DNA from: Octopus sinensis
Lineage: Eukaryota
Direction: 5' to 3'
DNA length: 64,000 bases
Assembly (NCBI RefSeq): GCF_006345805.1
Contig: NC_043003.1
Span: forward strand, 992,001 to 1,056,000
Under the pieces are notes generated by a model, which saw nothing but the letters and a program-made list of their open reading frames with translations, ran no database searches and was not told where the DNA came from. The position numbers were made by a program, and so were the translations under genes. This document shows, piece after piece, positions 63,510-64,000 of this stretch; positions within the stretch are counted from its first letter, which is position 1; each line of letters begins with the position of its first letter.

Positions 63510-64000
63510 TAGATAAACTTAGATATGTTTCGACCAGAGATTGGTCCAGGCCATGTCTAACTTAATAGCACCACCTGATAGGATTATTCGAATCCTGTTT
63601 AAGTCAAGTTTTGTTCAAGTAGTGAGTTCTTGTTGGGTGAGTTGTATCCAGTTTTGTTCAAGTAGTGAGTTCTTGTTGGGTGAGTTGTATCCAATTATGG
63701 GTGGCTTATCTGGTATTCTTTGAAGGAATCTATCCAGACTCTGTTTAAAGTTGATGGGATCCTTTTCCTCTTTGATCTCCCTCGGGACAATGTTAAATAG
63801 GGCAGGGCCTGTTGAGGAAAAGAAATTATGTTGCAGTGTACATGTATGTTGTGATCTTGAATTGGCAGGGGACGTATAGCCCGTGGTCCAAGTCTTGGAT
63901 GGACCTTGAAGCTAATGTTTAGGTCGTTTGGGCAAAGTTGGCGGTATATTTTCCACATCGTACAAATGATGTACCGCTCACGGCGACGCTGGAGGGAGTA
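63506..64000 (-). mobile_element. CR1-like LINE 3' end, runs off the window end
   Basis: MWKIYRQLCPNDLNISFKVHPRLGPRAIRP; 3'UTR caggccatgtctaacttaatagcacca shared with about 57360. Confidence 0.8.

Overview
AT-rich eukaryotic genomic DNA dominated by microsatellites and transposable elements. The SINE and RTE families resemble those I recall from octopod (cephalopod) genomes; this is recognition, not a database result. Host genes: two complete, convergent, three-exon Ly6/uPAR (three-finger, quiver/sleepless-like) GPI-anchored protein genes (gene A, + strand, 13426-21969, 154 aa; gene B, - strand, 56953-43849, 136 aa), and one isolated 120-nt TIMM50-like exon whose donor reads CT instead of GT. 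The rest is CR1-like, R4/Dong, RTE and Penelope-like retroelements, a Ty3/Gypsy pol fragment, Tc1/mariner remnants, piggyBac-type MITEs, a non-autonomous Helitron, tRNA-derived SINEs and two minisatellites. The most striking unannotated signal is a set of at least seven sequence-unrelated minimal type-I hammerhead ribozyme motifs, most of them in the arms or spacer of fold-back (inverted-repeat) elements. All folding and alignments were done by eye.
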